Source of the DNA: Squalus acanthias
Taxonomy: Eukaryota
Direction: 5' to 3'
Length of the DNA: 64,000 nt
Assembly (NCBI GenBank): GCA_030390025.1
Contig: JASTWF010000344.1
Span: 434,001-498,000, forward strand
The notes under the pieces were generated by a model, which was not told the origin of the DNA, made no database searches, and worked only from the letters and a program-made list of their open reading frames with translations. A program made the translations under genes and the position numbers. The first letter of the stretch is position 1; each line of letters starts with the position of its first letter. Below are positions 36,439 to 48,269 of this stretch, one piece after another.

Positions 36439-36722
36439 GCAAATGGTCTCTTGGCGCTAGCGTGCTGACCAGTGCACTAGCTGAAGATGGTACGGGTGTG
36501 AGGCCATGTGTGATATTGCAGTATCCAGTACACTCAACAATGGCTCTTACTGTTTCAGCTCCTGAGTCACGCAATCATTTGACAAGATATTGGACAGTGA
36601 AGGTTTATTCCTGATTGTAGGTGAGGTGAGGGCCACTTACAGGAGAGACTGAAACCGAGGGAACCTTTGGTGCAAAAACGAGATTTCTAACAGAAAGCTT
36701 CTCCTCTTTTCACTCCCACAGG

Positions 36723-37552
36723 ATGAAGATATTGGCAGTAGTTGTGATCTTGCTTCACATTGAGTCGACTCTGGGTTCAGAGTGTGGAAGGGCATCGCTC
36801 GACAGTGGAGTCGCTAAGAACTGCTCCATCAGGTGCCTGGACTGGGCCAAGTTAAACCTGAACAATGTACGGGTCCTGTCACTGGCAAACTGCGGAATAT
36901 CCCGCATTGTTAACATTTCACAGAATTTAGAGCTGAGGGAACTGAATCTCATGAATAACAAACTCCAGGACCTTCCACACGATCTCCTCCAACACTTCAC
37001 AAGCTTAAATACATTGAGTCTAAATGGGAACCCGCTAACAGCCATTCCCATCAACATCATTCGGTCAATAAATGTTAACTTTGATTGTTCCTGCGGTGTT
37101 TTGAGAGACTTGATTGACAATTGCAGAGGGGAAGTGAATTGCACCGAGAGTTTCTTCGACAGTTTAAGTTGCGACCTGCCGAATGATGGCCGAGTGTTCA
37201 ATGTGAGCGGTTTCTATCACGCTATGTGTGAGGGCATGAGCCTGATTGCCGTCTACGTCCTCGTGCCATTGGTCATTGTTGTCATCGTTGTAATTTCTGT
37301 TCTCGTCCTGATGAAACGGAGCTCCGAACGCAGTCCCGGCAGCTCCGCTTCCCCAAACAAACGGCAGTCGGTTTCTTCAGCCGATCACGGGCAGCAACGC
37401 TACGTGAGCGCAACAAACTTCAAAGGTGCAGCAACCGTGTCGGCCAGCCCGGGATGTTCTGGAGAAGCGATGCAGCAGCAGCAGCTGGTTCACAAGGATT
37501 ACGAGAACGTGCTGATGGGTGAATCAGACGGGGCACGGGGAAGATGTGACAG
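36723..37552 (+). CDS. LRRC25: Leucine-rich repeat-containing protein 25, first coding exon (signal peptide, LRRs, LRRCT, TM, part of tail)
   Basis: Acceptor cccacag at 36721; MKILAVVVILLH signal; LRELNLMNNKL and LNTLSLNGNPL LRRs; FDCSC cap; TM LIAVYVLVPLVIVVIVVISVLVLM; DYENV motif; donor AG|gtaaag; neighbours match the human LRRC25 region. Confidence 0.85.
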
Positions 37553-38519
37553 GTAAAGTGGAGTCATATGTGCACCAGTCACTCGAAGTGTGTAAATACA
37601 CCAACACAACGGTCACTGTGAGGGGAAGTTTAACTTCTGGACCCACTGGAAGTGAGGGGTGGGGAGGGGGTGTCCAGTAGGGCGCGGGAAATCTGGAAGT
37701 CCGGGTTTCCCCGCGCGCTTTGGAGATTTATCTCCACAGCGTGTGTGTGATGTCACGGACAGGTTCCCCGCCTGGAGGCCTGCCTGGTTGACAGGCTTGG
37801 CTTCCAGGCGGGCAGCAATGTTGGACTGGTCCGGGGTGGGGCGGGGCAGGGGTGCTCCAATCCTGACCACGGGGGGTGGTGGGAGTCCGAACCTCTATCC
37901 CAGGGGGGTCCGATCCTGACCATGGGGGGTCCGATCCTTGACCCCGGGGGTTCCGATCCCCGACCCCGGGGGGAGGATTTGTATGGTGGGGGGGGCAATG
38001 GTGCACATTTTCTAACTCTGCACATTTCTGTTTATTTCTGTTTCCAATGGTAACCCTGAAGATAGATCCCACAATCTGAACAAGGGCACCATTTCCCACA
38101 TTGCAGCAGTAGTATCTAGCTTGCTGAATTGTAGAATGCTTCTCTTTTGGTCTCTAACAAAATCTATTTCGTTGTTTGTTTCAAAATTGTTATTTGAAAA
38201 ATGTTAGAGGACAAAATTCAAAAGCTTTATTCAGGTAAAATTTATATTGAACATATTTTAAACAGTGTGTGTGTGCATTTGAGAGAGAGTGAAATCACAG
38301 ACGGTACTGATTATATACCTGTTTCAACTTTTGCTGGGTTTGAGTTATGTATACTTTATCAATTTTAGAAAGCGTATTAAGCTGAGAGAAAGAGAGAGGC
38401 AGAAACACTTCACATATTACCATACATTAGCATCACCCTCAACAGTTCTGCTAAACCCAACGAACCTCCTGTACAATAATACTAGACCAAAGACCAAAGA
38501 AGATGGAATAGAGGAGCTT

Positions 38520-38650
38520 GCACCTGACAGGACATGCAGCATGCTCTCAGTATTCTACTGGAGTCCAGCCTAGTTTATGGACTCAAGTCCTGGAATTGGG
38601 CTTGAGACCACAACCTTCTGACCCAGAAGAGGGAGGTGCCAACTGATCCA
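38520..38650 (-). mobile_element. Old DeuSINE-like head fragment in LRRC25 intron
   Basis: Reverse complement resembles the SINE head at 56625-56760. Confidence 0.5.
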
Positions 38651-39233
38651 AGAGAGCATCTGGTTTAGTCAATAGCACTTGAGCACACTAATCGTTCACT
38701 TGTAACTCATGGTAAACACTGACTGCACCAATGGTGCCACGCCACACCCCTTGTGTTGATAAACGGGGGAGCATCTCATTGCACAGGGTGCAGCAGAGTG
38801 CTATGAGCTCCAGATGAATTTGCAGAGGTGATGGAACTGAGCGATTCTGCTGACCCTTCACCTCTGAGGTTTGGCTTCAAAGCCCCATCATGCGGAGGTG
38901 GGGAAGATTCTTAGTGTGATGAGTTTGGGGTGGTTTCAACCAACTCCCAGAGAGAGTGAGGCCAGAGCAGAAACACCCCTCCCCCCGGCCCATCCAGGAA
39001 GAACAATCCAGTTATGACCGGTTCGGACCGGATAGTGGAAGAGGAACCTCATGCACATAACCTGGGGGAGCAGCAAAGGTCATTGTCTCATCCATGGGGT
39101 CTCAGGAAAAAAGAATTGGGGTTCTGGGGGGGGAACCCCTTGGGGGATTAGCGAAATAAACCAGAAGATGCAGATTATGCTGAGCTACTTGTTCCTTTGT
39201 AATAGTTTTTTTTTGCACCTTATCTTCTTCCAG

Positions 39234-39378
39234 GACGCAGCAGACCCCCGATGATACTTACTACCTGGAGAGCGATCCAGCTTGCGACATTTACTTAAAC
39301 GAGCAGCCGATATATTGTAACTACACAGAGTCGGTGGCTAACCCAGAGGATGATGTGTATATCTTACCTGACAAGTAA
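39234..39378 (+). CDS. LRRC25: LRRC25 last coding exon
   Basis: Acceptor ttcttccag; in-frame (R)TQQTPDDTYYLESDPACDIYLNEQPIYCNYTESVANPEDDVYILPDK*; QPIYCN matches recalled human QPVYCN. Total 324 aa. Confidence 0.87.
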
Positions 39379-39509
39379 ATACAACGCTGTGACTCCCCGT
39401 GTACCTGTAAAATGACCGGTGAGATGCAGATCCTTTATTCCATTTCCTTTTTATACTGAGCACGAAAACCTTTAGTCGCTAAGAACCTGGACAGATGACA
39501 TGGACAATC

Positions 39510-39815
39510 CAACCAGAACATCGAGCACCCAACAGAACATCAGGAACCCAACAGAACATCAGGAACCCAACAGAACATCAGGAACCCAACAGAACATCAG
39601 GAACCCAACAGAACATCGAGAACCCAACAGAACATCAGGAACCCAACAGAACATCAGGAACCCAACAGAACATCAGGAACCCAACAGAACATCAGGAACC
39701 CAACAGAACATCGAGAACCCAACAGAACATCAGGAACCCAACAGAACATCAGGAACCCAACAGAACATCAGGAACCCAACAAAACTTCAGGAATCCAACC
39801 AGAATATCAGGAACT
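39510..39815. repeat. 19-bp tandem repeat (CAGGAACCCAACAGAACAT) in the probable LRRC25 3' UTR
   Basis: Period 19 (39541 to 39560), about 15 copies. Confidence 0.95.
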
Positions 39816-40467
39816 TGATGAGGACAGTATCAGAACACTGCCAGTATGATACTGAATCCAGATGGCCGCACGTTTTGATATTTTGTAAAGAGGATTCATT
39901 GCACGTGGTGAATTTAGCACCAGGACGAGAGTGTGAAATTGTGCTTAGAATGCTGGGCCAGTCCGTTGGTTCCTCGTCTGGTTTTGTGTTTGAAATTTGA
40001 CACCATCAGAACTGCAGGGCCTTTGTATTCCACAATGGGATGGAGGAGAGGCCTTGGGGTCATGGGAAATTCAGCCAGTGGTCAGCAGGGATATGAGGAA
40101 CTAGTCAATGGGATCAGGAAGAGCTGGTCAGTGAGCATCTAGTCTTTAGAGTCAGGGGGAGCAGGTTAGTGAGGTCAGGAGGAACTGGTCAGAGGAGCTG
40201 AGAGAAACTGGTCAGCGGGTTGGGAAGAGATAGTCAGTATGTTCACTAGTCGTTAGTCGTTAGTCCGGGGGATCAGGTGAACCTGGGAGTCCATAGGGAT
40301 ACACTGGAAGTACATTGGGACACACTGAGGCTCTCGGTCCACAGGGCACGTTTGATAAACTGCCTCAAATGGAATAGTTTGTGATCTCATCTGCGTAAAA
40401 TGTCAATATCATTTTATTTGTAATCACTGGGGAGCAGCTTCGAGCTTGAGCTACAGCGGCAGCGTCA

Positions 40468-42752
40468 TTGAGTGATCCTTACCCTGAATAAACAGTGACT
40501 CTGTACAGTCACAGTGAGTGACCCTTACCCTGAATAAACAGTGACTCTGTACAGTTACAGTGAGTGACCCTTACCCTGAATAAACAGTGACTCTGTACAG
40601 TTACACAGTGAGTGACCCTTACCCTGAATAAACAGCGACTCTGTACAGTTACACAGTGAGTGACCCTTACCCTGAATAAACAGTGACTCTGTACAGTTAC
40701 AGTGAGTGACCCTTACCCTGAATAAACACTGACTCTGTACAGTTACAGTGAGTGACCCTTACCCTGAATAAACAGTGACTCTGTACAGTTACACAGTGAG
40801 TGACCCTTACCCTGAATAAACAGTGACTCTGTACAGTTACACAGTGAGTGACCCTTACCCTGAATAAACAGTGACTCTGTACAGTTACACAGTGAGTGAC
40901 CCTTACCCTGAATAAACACTGACTCTGTACAGTTACAGTGAGTGACCCTTACCCTGAATAAACAGTGACTCTGTACAGTTACACAGTGAGTGACCCTTAC
41001 CCTGAATAAACAGTGACTCTGTACAGTTACAGTGAGTGAACCTTACCCTGAATAAACAGTGACTCTGTACGGTTACACAGTGAGTGACCCTCACCCTGAA
41101 TAAACACTGACTCTGTACAGTTACACAGTGAGTGACCCTTACCCTGAATAAACAGTGACTCTGTACAGTTACACAGTGAGTGACCCTTACCCTGAATAAA
41201 CAGTGACTCTGTACAGTTACACAGTGAGTGACTCTTACCCTGAATAAACACTGACTCTGTACAGTTACACAGTGAGTGACCCTTACCCTGAATAAACAGT
41301 GACTCTGTACAGTTACAGTGAGTGAACCTTACCCTGAATAAACAGTGACTCTGTACGGTTACACAGTGAGTGACCCTCACCCTGAATAAACACTGACTCT
41401 GTACAGTTATGATGCGGAGATGCCGGCGTTGGACTGGGGTGGACAAAAATGAGAAGTCGCACAACACCAGGTTATAGTCCAACAGATTTATTTAAAATTA
41501 CAAGCTTTCGGAGCTATCGCCCCTTCTCAGGTAAAGTTACAATGAGTGAATCTACAAAAGTTCACAGAATATAAACACAGAAACTGCAGAGATACAATCT
41601 TTCAGGGAAGGTGTCCTTACATCAAAGACACACCAAGAGCACAGCCAAGACAATGAGATGTGTCCCAGGGGGTCCAACGTGTCAAATAGGGATATTGGGT
41701 TCATGTCACGCTACAGAACGTGACTTGACATCGTTGTCTGTCTTTCCAGTTTTTAAAAAACAAACACAAAAAAAACAAACCCAAAAAACAAACCCCCCAA
41801 AAAAACCAGTGCAGACAGCAGGATAGCTCCGAAAGCTTGTAATTTTAAATAAATCTGTTGGACTATAACCTGGTGTTGTGCGACTTCTCATTTCTGTACA
41901 GTTACACAGTGAGTGACCCTTACCCTGAATAAACAGTGACTCTGTACAGTTACACAGTGAGTGACCCTTACTCTGAATAAACAGTGACTCTGTACAGTTA
42001 CAGTGAGTGACCCTTACCCTGAATAAACACTGACTCTGTACAGTTACACAGTGAGTGACCCTTACTCTGAATAAACAGTGACTCTGTACAGTTACAGTGA
42101 GTGACCCTTACCCTGAATAAACAGTGACTCTGTACAGTTACAGTGAGTGACTCTTACCCTGAATAAACAGTGACTCTGTACAGTTACAGTGAGTGACTCT
42201 TACCCTGAATAAACAGTGACTCTGTACAGTTACACAGTGAGTGACCCTTACCCTGAATAAACAGTGACTCTGTACAGTTACAGTGAGTGACCCTTACTCT
42301 GAATAAACAGTGACTCTGTACAGTTACACAGTGAGTGACCCTTACCCTGAATAAACAGTGACTCTGTACGGTTACACAGTGAGTGACCCTTACTCTGAAT
42401 AAACAGTGACTCTGTACAGTTACACAGTGAGTGACCCTTACCCTGAATAAACAGTGACTCTGTACGGTTACAGTGAGTGACCCTTACTCTGAATAAACAG
42501 TGACTCTGTACAGTTACACAGTGAGTGACCCTTACCCTGAATAAACAGTGACTCTGTACAGTTACACAGTGAGTGACCCTTACCCTGAATAAACAGTGAC
42601 TCTGTACAGTTACACAGTGAGTGACCCTTACCCTGAATAAACAGTGACTCTGTACAGTTACACAGTGAGTGACCCTTACCCTGAATAAACAGTGACTCTG
42701 TACAGTTACAGTGAGTGACCCTTACCCTGAATAAACAGTGACTCTGTACAGT
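40468..42752. repeat. 46/48-bp tandem array (GTGAGTGACCCTTACCCTGAATAAACAGTGACTCTGTACAGTTACA[CA]), about 38 units, interrupted at 41410-41893
   Basis: Periods 46 (40514 to 40560) and 48 (40560 to 40608). Confidence 0.97.
41410..41893 (-). mobile_element. Penelope-like terminal-repeat insertion with a 72-bp perfect inverted repeat
   Basis: Arms 41447-41518 and 41822-41893; flanked by duplicated CTGTACAGTTA; hammerhead-like motif on minus strand at about 41497-41535. Confidence 0.75.
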
Positions 42753-43125
42753 TTACTCTGTGTTTCTCCAGTGGCTGCAGCTCAGGTGGTGGGAGACAGC
42801 TGATCTTCCATTGAGGATCCTTCAGATGGCCGTGGTGGGCAATCACTGAGTGGCTGTGGGCCATGAGGTCCCGGGTACAGACGGCAGCCTCTCGGAGAGG
42901 GTTGCTGAGGGTATGTGTATATGAACTTTCAAAAGGCATTTAATAAAGTGCCACATAACAAACTTGTTGGCAAAATTGAAGTCCATGGGATTAAAGGGGC
43001 AGCGACTGCGTGGATACAGATTGGCTGAGGGACAGGAAGCAGAGAACAGTGGTGAACGGTTGTTTTTCAAACTGGAGGGAAGTATACAGTGGTTCTGACG
43101 AAAGATCATCGACCTGTAACATTAA

Positions 43126-45691
43126 GGGGGAAAAATTCGGTTGCTTTACGCCTCCCGTTAGCGCCCTAAGAGGGCGTGAATGGGGTGCAAAGCAACGAGC
43201 GCCCGGGCGCGGCGATGTTTGCGCCGCTCGTGAAGTTGACCAGACATTTTGCGGCGGTGCTAAACACTACCGCCACGATCTCCTGCGCCCGCAGATCGTG
43301 ACGTCAGTCGAGTGCGCAACGCTCCGTTAGTGCCCCGGACCGGATATTGAGTGGCGCCCCCTGCCTAACCGCCTGCCGCTAGCAACGACAGGTTGAGGGG
43401 AGCGTTTTGCAGTCGGGAAGAGACTGGGGAGCGCTATTTAAAGGCGACCACTTCCTGCCTTTTTTTGTCAACGACATTTTTGCACCAAGCATTCTAAGAG
43501 AGAGAGAGAGACTTCTGATGAGATTCAACGCTGTGTGAAGGAGTTTTGGGTACTGAGCAGCACTTTGCAGGTTCAGTTTGATTTGACCTTCCTTGCATCG
43601 ATTTAGAAGAGACTGAGGGGCTGCAGTCTGAGCTCTTTCCCTGGGCCTCTCCATTGTTCTTTCCAGCAGATTTGATGTACAGGTCTCTCCAGGCCGAGAT
43701 TCAAGGTTGCAATGAGCAGGATGTGGATGGAGAGCAAGATCAACCCTCCCCTTTAAGAACTGGCTGGGGCCATTGTGTGTCTGTGTTCCATTGCTGACTG
43801 ACATCACATGAGCTTCACCAGCGCTCTGAGGTAGCGCTTCGCTCCTTGGCATTAGCGCCTTAAGAGAGGTGTGTAGCGCCTGATTTAACGCTCCAATCAC
43901 CTCCAGGGGCGATAGAAGCCAAGTTTGCAGTCGGAGGCGATAATTAACGCCAGGTGCTAAACTGTGTGCCCGGCCGATAATTGCGCCCCAAACGGGGCGA
44001 TACCAAATTGTAAGGGGTGACCTGCGGCTCTGTGCTTAGCCTGGGTGCTAGTGCGAGGTTAGGCCTTGTTGCCTGTTCTGGTCTCCAGCCAGCCTGGTAA
44101 CACTAGACACCTGTGAGTGGTTCGACCCACTCGCCCTTACGGTTCTGACACTGGACTTAGGTGCGAGAGCAATAATGCAGAGAAAACTCAGGTAGACCCG
44201 GTTGAATAGTGCGAAATGGAAAATCTTTATTGCATATTATTCAAGATTACGAGATACATGTCATAAGCACAGATTAATGACAGTACAATCTTACACACAG
44301 TTATGTAACTAATTTTAGGGAAACGAGGAGCGCATGACACATCGTAAAAGGGACACACATTATACTTATCCTTAAAACTTAAACCCTCCCCTATCAATAC
44401 CTGTCCTAATTTAGATTTGTAGGATCGAGACTCATGCTCACCACTCGTGATAACTCGGAGAATTCCGAAACTCTGCTCGGATGTTTTTACCGCAGCACCT
44501 GACTATCCACGTGTTGATCAGGGGTCTCTGTACCCCACTTGTTTACTCGCTTCTGCTCCGGCTAGCAGGCTGGACCGTCTGCTGTCATGAAGATCTGTGT
44601 TGTCCTCGGAGTTCCGACACTATTCAAAAAAGAGTCTTCCTGTGCCCTCACCAGTTTGTAAAACTCAAAGAACGGTCTTCCTGGGCAAGGAAGTGTTTAT
44701 TCGACTTACAGGCGCGGTCGGGGCTTACTGACCGTGGCGATACGTATTGTCGTCTTCTTCTCTTCTCATCTCATCTCATCTCATCTCATCTCATCTCATC
44801 TCCTCTCGGGGCTTCGGTTCCAACACCGTTTACCGACTTCTCGGGATGGTGTGCCCGTTTCAAGGCCTCACAGCCCAGTTCTACACAGATCTTCGCGGCA
44901 AGCCACGAGGTTGATCCTAGCGGATCAGAGTCCAGAGCCGTCAGGCAAGAGAATAAAAGTTCAATAGTCTTCCAGCGAGTCAAAACAGCAAGAGCAGCAA
45001 GAGGCAGGCGGCAAGAGACAAGAGCAACAAGGCAAGAGGCAAGAGACAGATGGACGGTTGTACCTTACAGTTATAGTGCTGTAATTCCTCTTTTCCCGCC
45101 CAATCTTAATGTCTATCCTTTGTCAGGGTTTTGGCGCTCAAACTTCTTGTATAGGGTGATCTCCGTTTTTAATGGGTTTCGGTGATACTTGTAACTGTCT
45201 GAGTACCCGTTAATACTTCTCCCATTGTGTAACCGGCTAGTAGTCTCCCTGGAGGGGTTTTGGGGCTTCCAAATGCTTTCTGTAACTACCCGCAAACGGC
45301 TCTCTCATCGTAGAGTCGTGGGGATTTTGCATATTAATGTCTTTGGATGGGTCCTTGATCGCTCGGTACAATAGCCCTTATTCGCACCTGGGAGACCGAT
45401 TCCAGTATTTATGTATAAAATGCAAACCCATTATGTCTTGTCAATTATCTCAAATGTGCTGAGTCCTGTACGATCTTGCACAAATGTTTATTGGAACGCC
45501 ATCTTGTCTGCTCATTGAAAGTCTAGAACGTTCTGCAACGAGGCGTGGCGGCCATTTTACAGGCTGTTTGTGTCCGCTTTGAAAACCTGACAGCATTCTG
45601 CTGAAATAAAGCTGTTTGTACGAAACTTTATGTCTCCTTCTTATTTTATAAAATCGCGATAATTTTGCGAATTCTACAAAATTTTTCCCCC
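43126..45691. mobile_element. Non-autonomous PIF/Harbinger-like DNA transposon (about 0.9 kb)
   Basis: TAA TSD (43123-43125, 45692-45694); 16-bp TIRs GGGGGAAAAATTCGGT and ACCAAATTTTTCCCCC once the solo LTR is removed. Confidence 0.8.
44009..45678 (-). mobile_element. 1.67-kb solo LTR
   Basis: TGTA...TACA termini, 4-bp TSD AAAT (44005-44008, 45679-45682), minus-strand AATAAA near 44226; internal (CATCT)n at about 44765-44802. Confidence 0.8.
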
Positions 45692-46339
45692 TAACTCTGT
45701 TTCTCTCTCCACAGATGCTGCCTGACCTGCTGAGTATTTCCAGCATTTTCTGCTTTGGTTATAGTATACAGTGGTGTTCCCCAGGGGCCAGTGTTGGGAC
45801 CACTGCTCTTTTTGATATATATTAATGACCTGGACTTGGGTGTACAGGGCATAATTTCAAAGTTTGCAGATGACACGAAACTCGGAAATGTAGTAAACAA
45901 TGAGAAGGATAGTAACAGACTTCAGGAGGACACAGACAGACTGGTGAAATGGGCAGACACACGGCCGATGAAATTTAATGCAGAGAAGTGTGAAGTAGGA
46001 AGAATGAGGACAGGCAATATAAACTAAATGGTACAATTTTAAAGGGGTTACAAGAACAGAGAGACTTGAGTTTTGAAACTTATCTTGGACTCTTCTGGCG
46101 TGTTGGCTCCTCCCGGCGTGATTCTGCTGCCAGGGACCGGACAATACGGGACCCCCCTCTCCCGACTCCCCTCCCCCGACTCCCCTCCCCCGACCCCCCT
46201 CCCCCACTCCCCCTCCGCCCCTCCCCCCCAGGACTGGTCAGCGGTGACCTTTAACCCACGGTTCACCCAGGCAGACTCGGCCTCTCTTGACCATATTCAG
46301 GTCAGCCTGTCTGTCCGTGGTTCCTGCCAGCAGGCAAAC

Positions 46340-46470
46340 GTTTCGGGGAAAGAGGAAGTTGGGGTTATCAGTGTTTGTGAGTGAGTCGCGGCTGTTTGTC
46401 TGAGGAAGTTAAACTGCAGCATTCAGCTTCTCGCAACCCCCTCGCTCTCTCCTTTCACAATCCACTTCCC
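46340..46470. promoter_or_regulatory. Cluster of PU.1/ETS-like motifs (candidate myeloid enhancer)
   Basis: AAAGAGGAAGT 46349-46359, GAGGAAGT 46402-46409, ACTTCC near 46464. Confidence 0.3.
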
Positions 46471-46638
46471 TCCGGCCAAAAACTGCTTATCGACACATTT
46501 CACATTTCCCAGAATTTGAACTTTTTCAGTCAGTCACTGCAGAAATTGGTGCTAGTCAGTTTAAACATTATAATAGTTAACTCTGTCATTTCCCCCACGC
46601 TCCCCTCCCTCCCTCCCCCACACTCCCCTCCCCCACAC

Positions 46639-47084
46639 NNNNNNNNNNNNNNNNNNNNNNNNNNNNNNNNNNNNNNNNNNNNNNNNNNNNNNNNNNNNNN
46701 NNNNNNNNNNNNNNNNNNNNNNNNNNNNNNNNNNNNNNNNNNNNNNNNNNNNNNNNNNNNNNNNNNNNNNNNNNNNNNNNNNNNNNNNNNNNNNNNNNNN
46801 NNNNNNNNNNNNNNNNNNNNNNNNNNNNNNNNNNNNNNNNNNNNNNNNNNNNNNNNNNNNNNNNNNNNNNNNNNNNNNNNNNNNNNNNNNNNNNNNNNNN
46901 NNNNNNNNNNNNNNNNNNNNNNNNNNNNNNNNNNNNNNNNNNNNNNNNNNNNNNNNNNNNNNNNNNNNNNNNNNNNNNNNNNNNNNNNNNNNNNNNNNNN
47001 NNNNNNNNNNNNNNNNNNNNNNNNNNNNNNNNNNNNNNNNNNNNNNNNNNNNNNNNNNNNNNNNNNNNNNNNNNNNNNNNNNNN
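46639..47084. other. Assembly gap (446 N) flanked by C-rich low-complexity sequence
   Basis: Run of N. Confidence 1.
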
Positions 47085-47204
47085 CCCCCGCACCCCCCTC
47101 CCTCCTCTCCCCACCCCCCGCACGTGTACACACAGCCTGTCCAGGCACTGACCCGCCTCTCTCTCTCACGCACATGCCCAACATAATCCAGAAAGTCTAC
47201 TCAC

Positions 47205-47248
47205 TTGATTCCTGGGACTTCGCATGATTTAGGCCGTGATGACAGAGA
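47205..47248 (-). CDS. CRTC1: CREB-regulated transcription coactivator 1, 44-nt internal exon
   Basis: Acceptor tttctcttcacag; SLSSRPKSCEVPGI+AA|gtgagt; matches recalled human TGSRPKSCEVPGIN. Not in the ORF track. Confidence 0.9.
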
Positions 47249-48154
47249 CTGTGAAGAGAAACGGGTTACGATGAGAAGTGAATTAAAATGTGCATTGCTA
47301 TGGAAAAAACTGAAATGAGCAAAGCCATTCACCCCATCAATGCTCATCCCCCGGTATTGAAACTCCCTGTATTCGGAGTGTCCCTAATGGTTTTCTCTCC
47401 AATACCTTGCAAAGATTATCCGCACTGATCCCCCACTGAATGAAGAAAACTGCTGGGAAATTAGATACAGTCTGGATTATTTTCAGTATACGCAGACTGG
47501 ATGGGGAGTTCGTTACTCTCAGTGTGGATCGGATGGAGAGTTCGTTAGTCAACAAATTTATTGTGTTTTATTTGGTGACTGTTTCTATCCTTTGGAGCGG
47601 TTAGTTCCATTGGAATGGAACCTGAATCTGTCGCTTTATCCTTATGGGGCCCATCCAGCTCCTCCTCTGCTTCCACATTGCCTGAACAAAAACATCTTTT
47701 AAATCTTTAAACTCCAATCAGACCCGACGGCACCCTGTTTTCCCAATGGGTGCAGGCAGTTCTCAGTGGGATACTGAGGACCACAGACAGGAAGGAGCCA
47801 GGTTCCGTCCCTGCACTGGTCTCAGTGAGACAGCAGTTGTGGGGCGTCATCGGCTCCACCGCCCCGGACCAAGGTCACTGGTCATCGATCCCTTCTGGAG
47901 AGTGCGCGCGTGTGTGGAAGCTGAGAGACGACAGAACGGGCTTGTATATGATGCCCCCCACAATTCATCAAATAGCCTGCCAACACTCAACATCTAGGGT
48001 GACACACAAAGTTGAGCCACTTGGACAAGGGATCAGACGGCATCCAGCCCCATGGGATTGCATCCCAGCAAGAGCCAGGAGGGGAGGGGAGAGAAAATAA
48101 AGTTGTAACTATTTTTTAAAGTTCGGCCTTTACAAAGGAACAAAGTGATCACTA

Positions 48155-48269
48155 GAAAGAAAGACAGACTTGCACTTATATAGCGCCTTTCATGACCACT
48201 GGACGTCCCAAAGCGCTTTACAGCCAATGAAGTACTTTTTGAAGTGCAACCACCGTTGTAATGTAGGAA
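48155..48269 (-). mobile_element. DeuSINE 3' tail
   Basis: Reverse complement GGCTGTAAAGCGCTTTGGGACGTCC...AAAGGCGCTATATAAGTGCAAGTC matches the tail at 57096-57145. Confidence 0.75.

Larger units (their letters stand above)
43094..45762 (+). mobile_element. Hammerhead-bearing Penelope-derived mini-element (about 100 nt of own sequence: 43094-43125 and 45692-45762)
   Basis: 13-bp TSD AGTATACAGTGGT (43081-43093, 45763-45775); matches 2567-2662 and 59921-60019. Confidence 0.85.
42915..46065 (+). mobile_element. CR1 LINE RT fragment hosting nested insertions (CR1 parts 42915-43093 and 45763-46065)
   Basis: WLRDRKQRTVVNGCFSNWREVYSG continues as VYSGVPQGPVLGPLLFLIYINDL...FADDTK. Confidence 0.9.

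Noticed and set aside
22159..36468. Cys/His-rich 11-aa repeat ORFs (zinc-finger-like) and mucin-like antisense ORFs
   Set aside because: Translations of a SINE-derived 33-bp repeat, open on both strands with frequent frameshifts; no C2H2 spacing.
40468..42752. CRISPR-like appearance of regular repeats
   Set aside because: Head-to-tail units without unique spacers, no cas genes, eukaryotic context.
44481..45185. 234-aa ORF within the solo LTR
   Set aside because: No recognisable domain; runs through a (CATCT)n microsatellite.
46381..47184. ORFs spanning X runs
   Set aside because: Artefacts of the N gap.
47205..47225. ATG-initiated mini-exon MRSPRNQ on minus strand
   Set aside because: Wrong frame; the exon reads SLSSRPKSCEVPGI (CRTC1).
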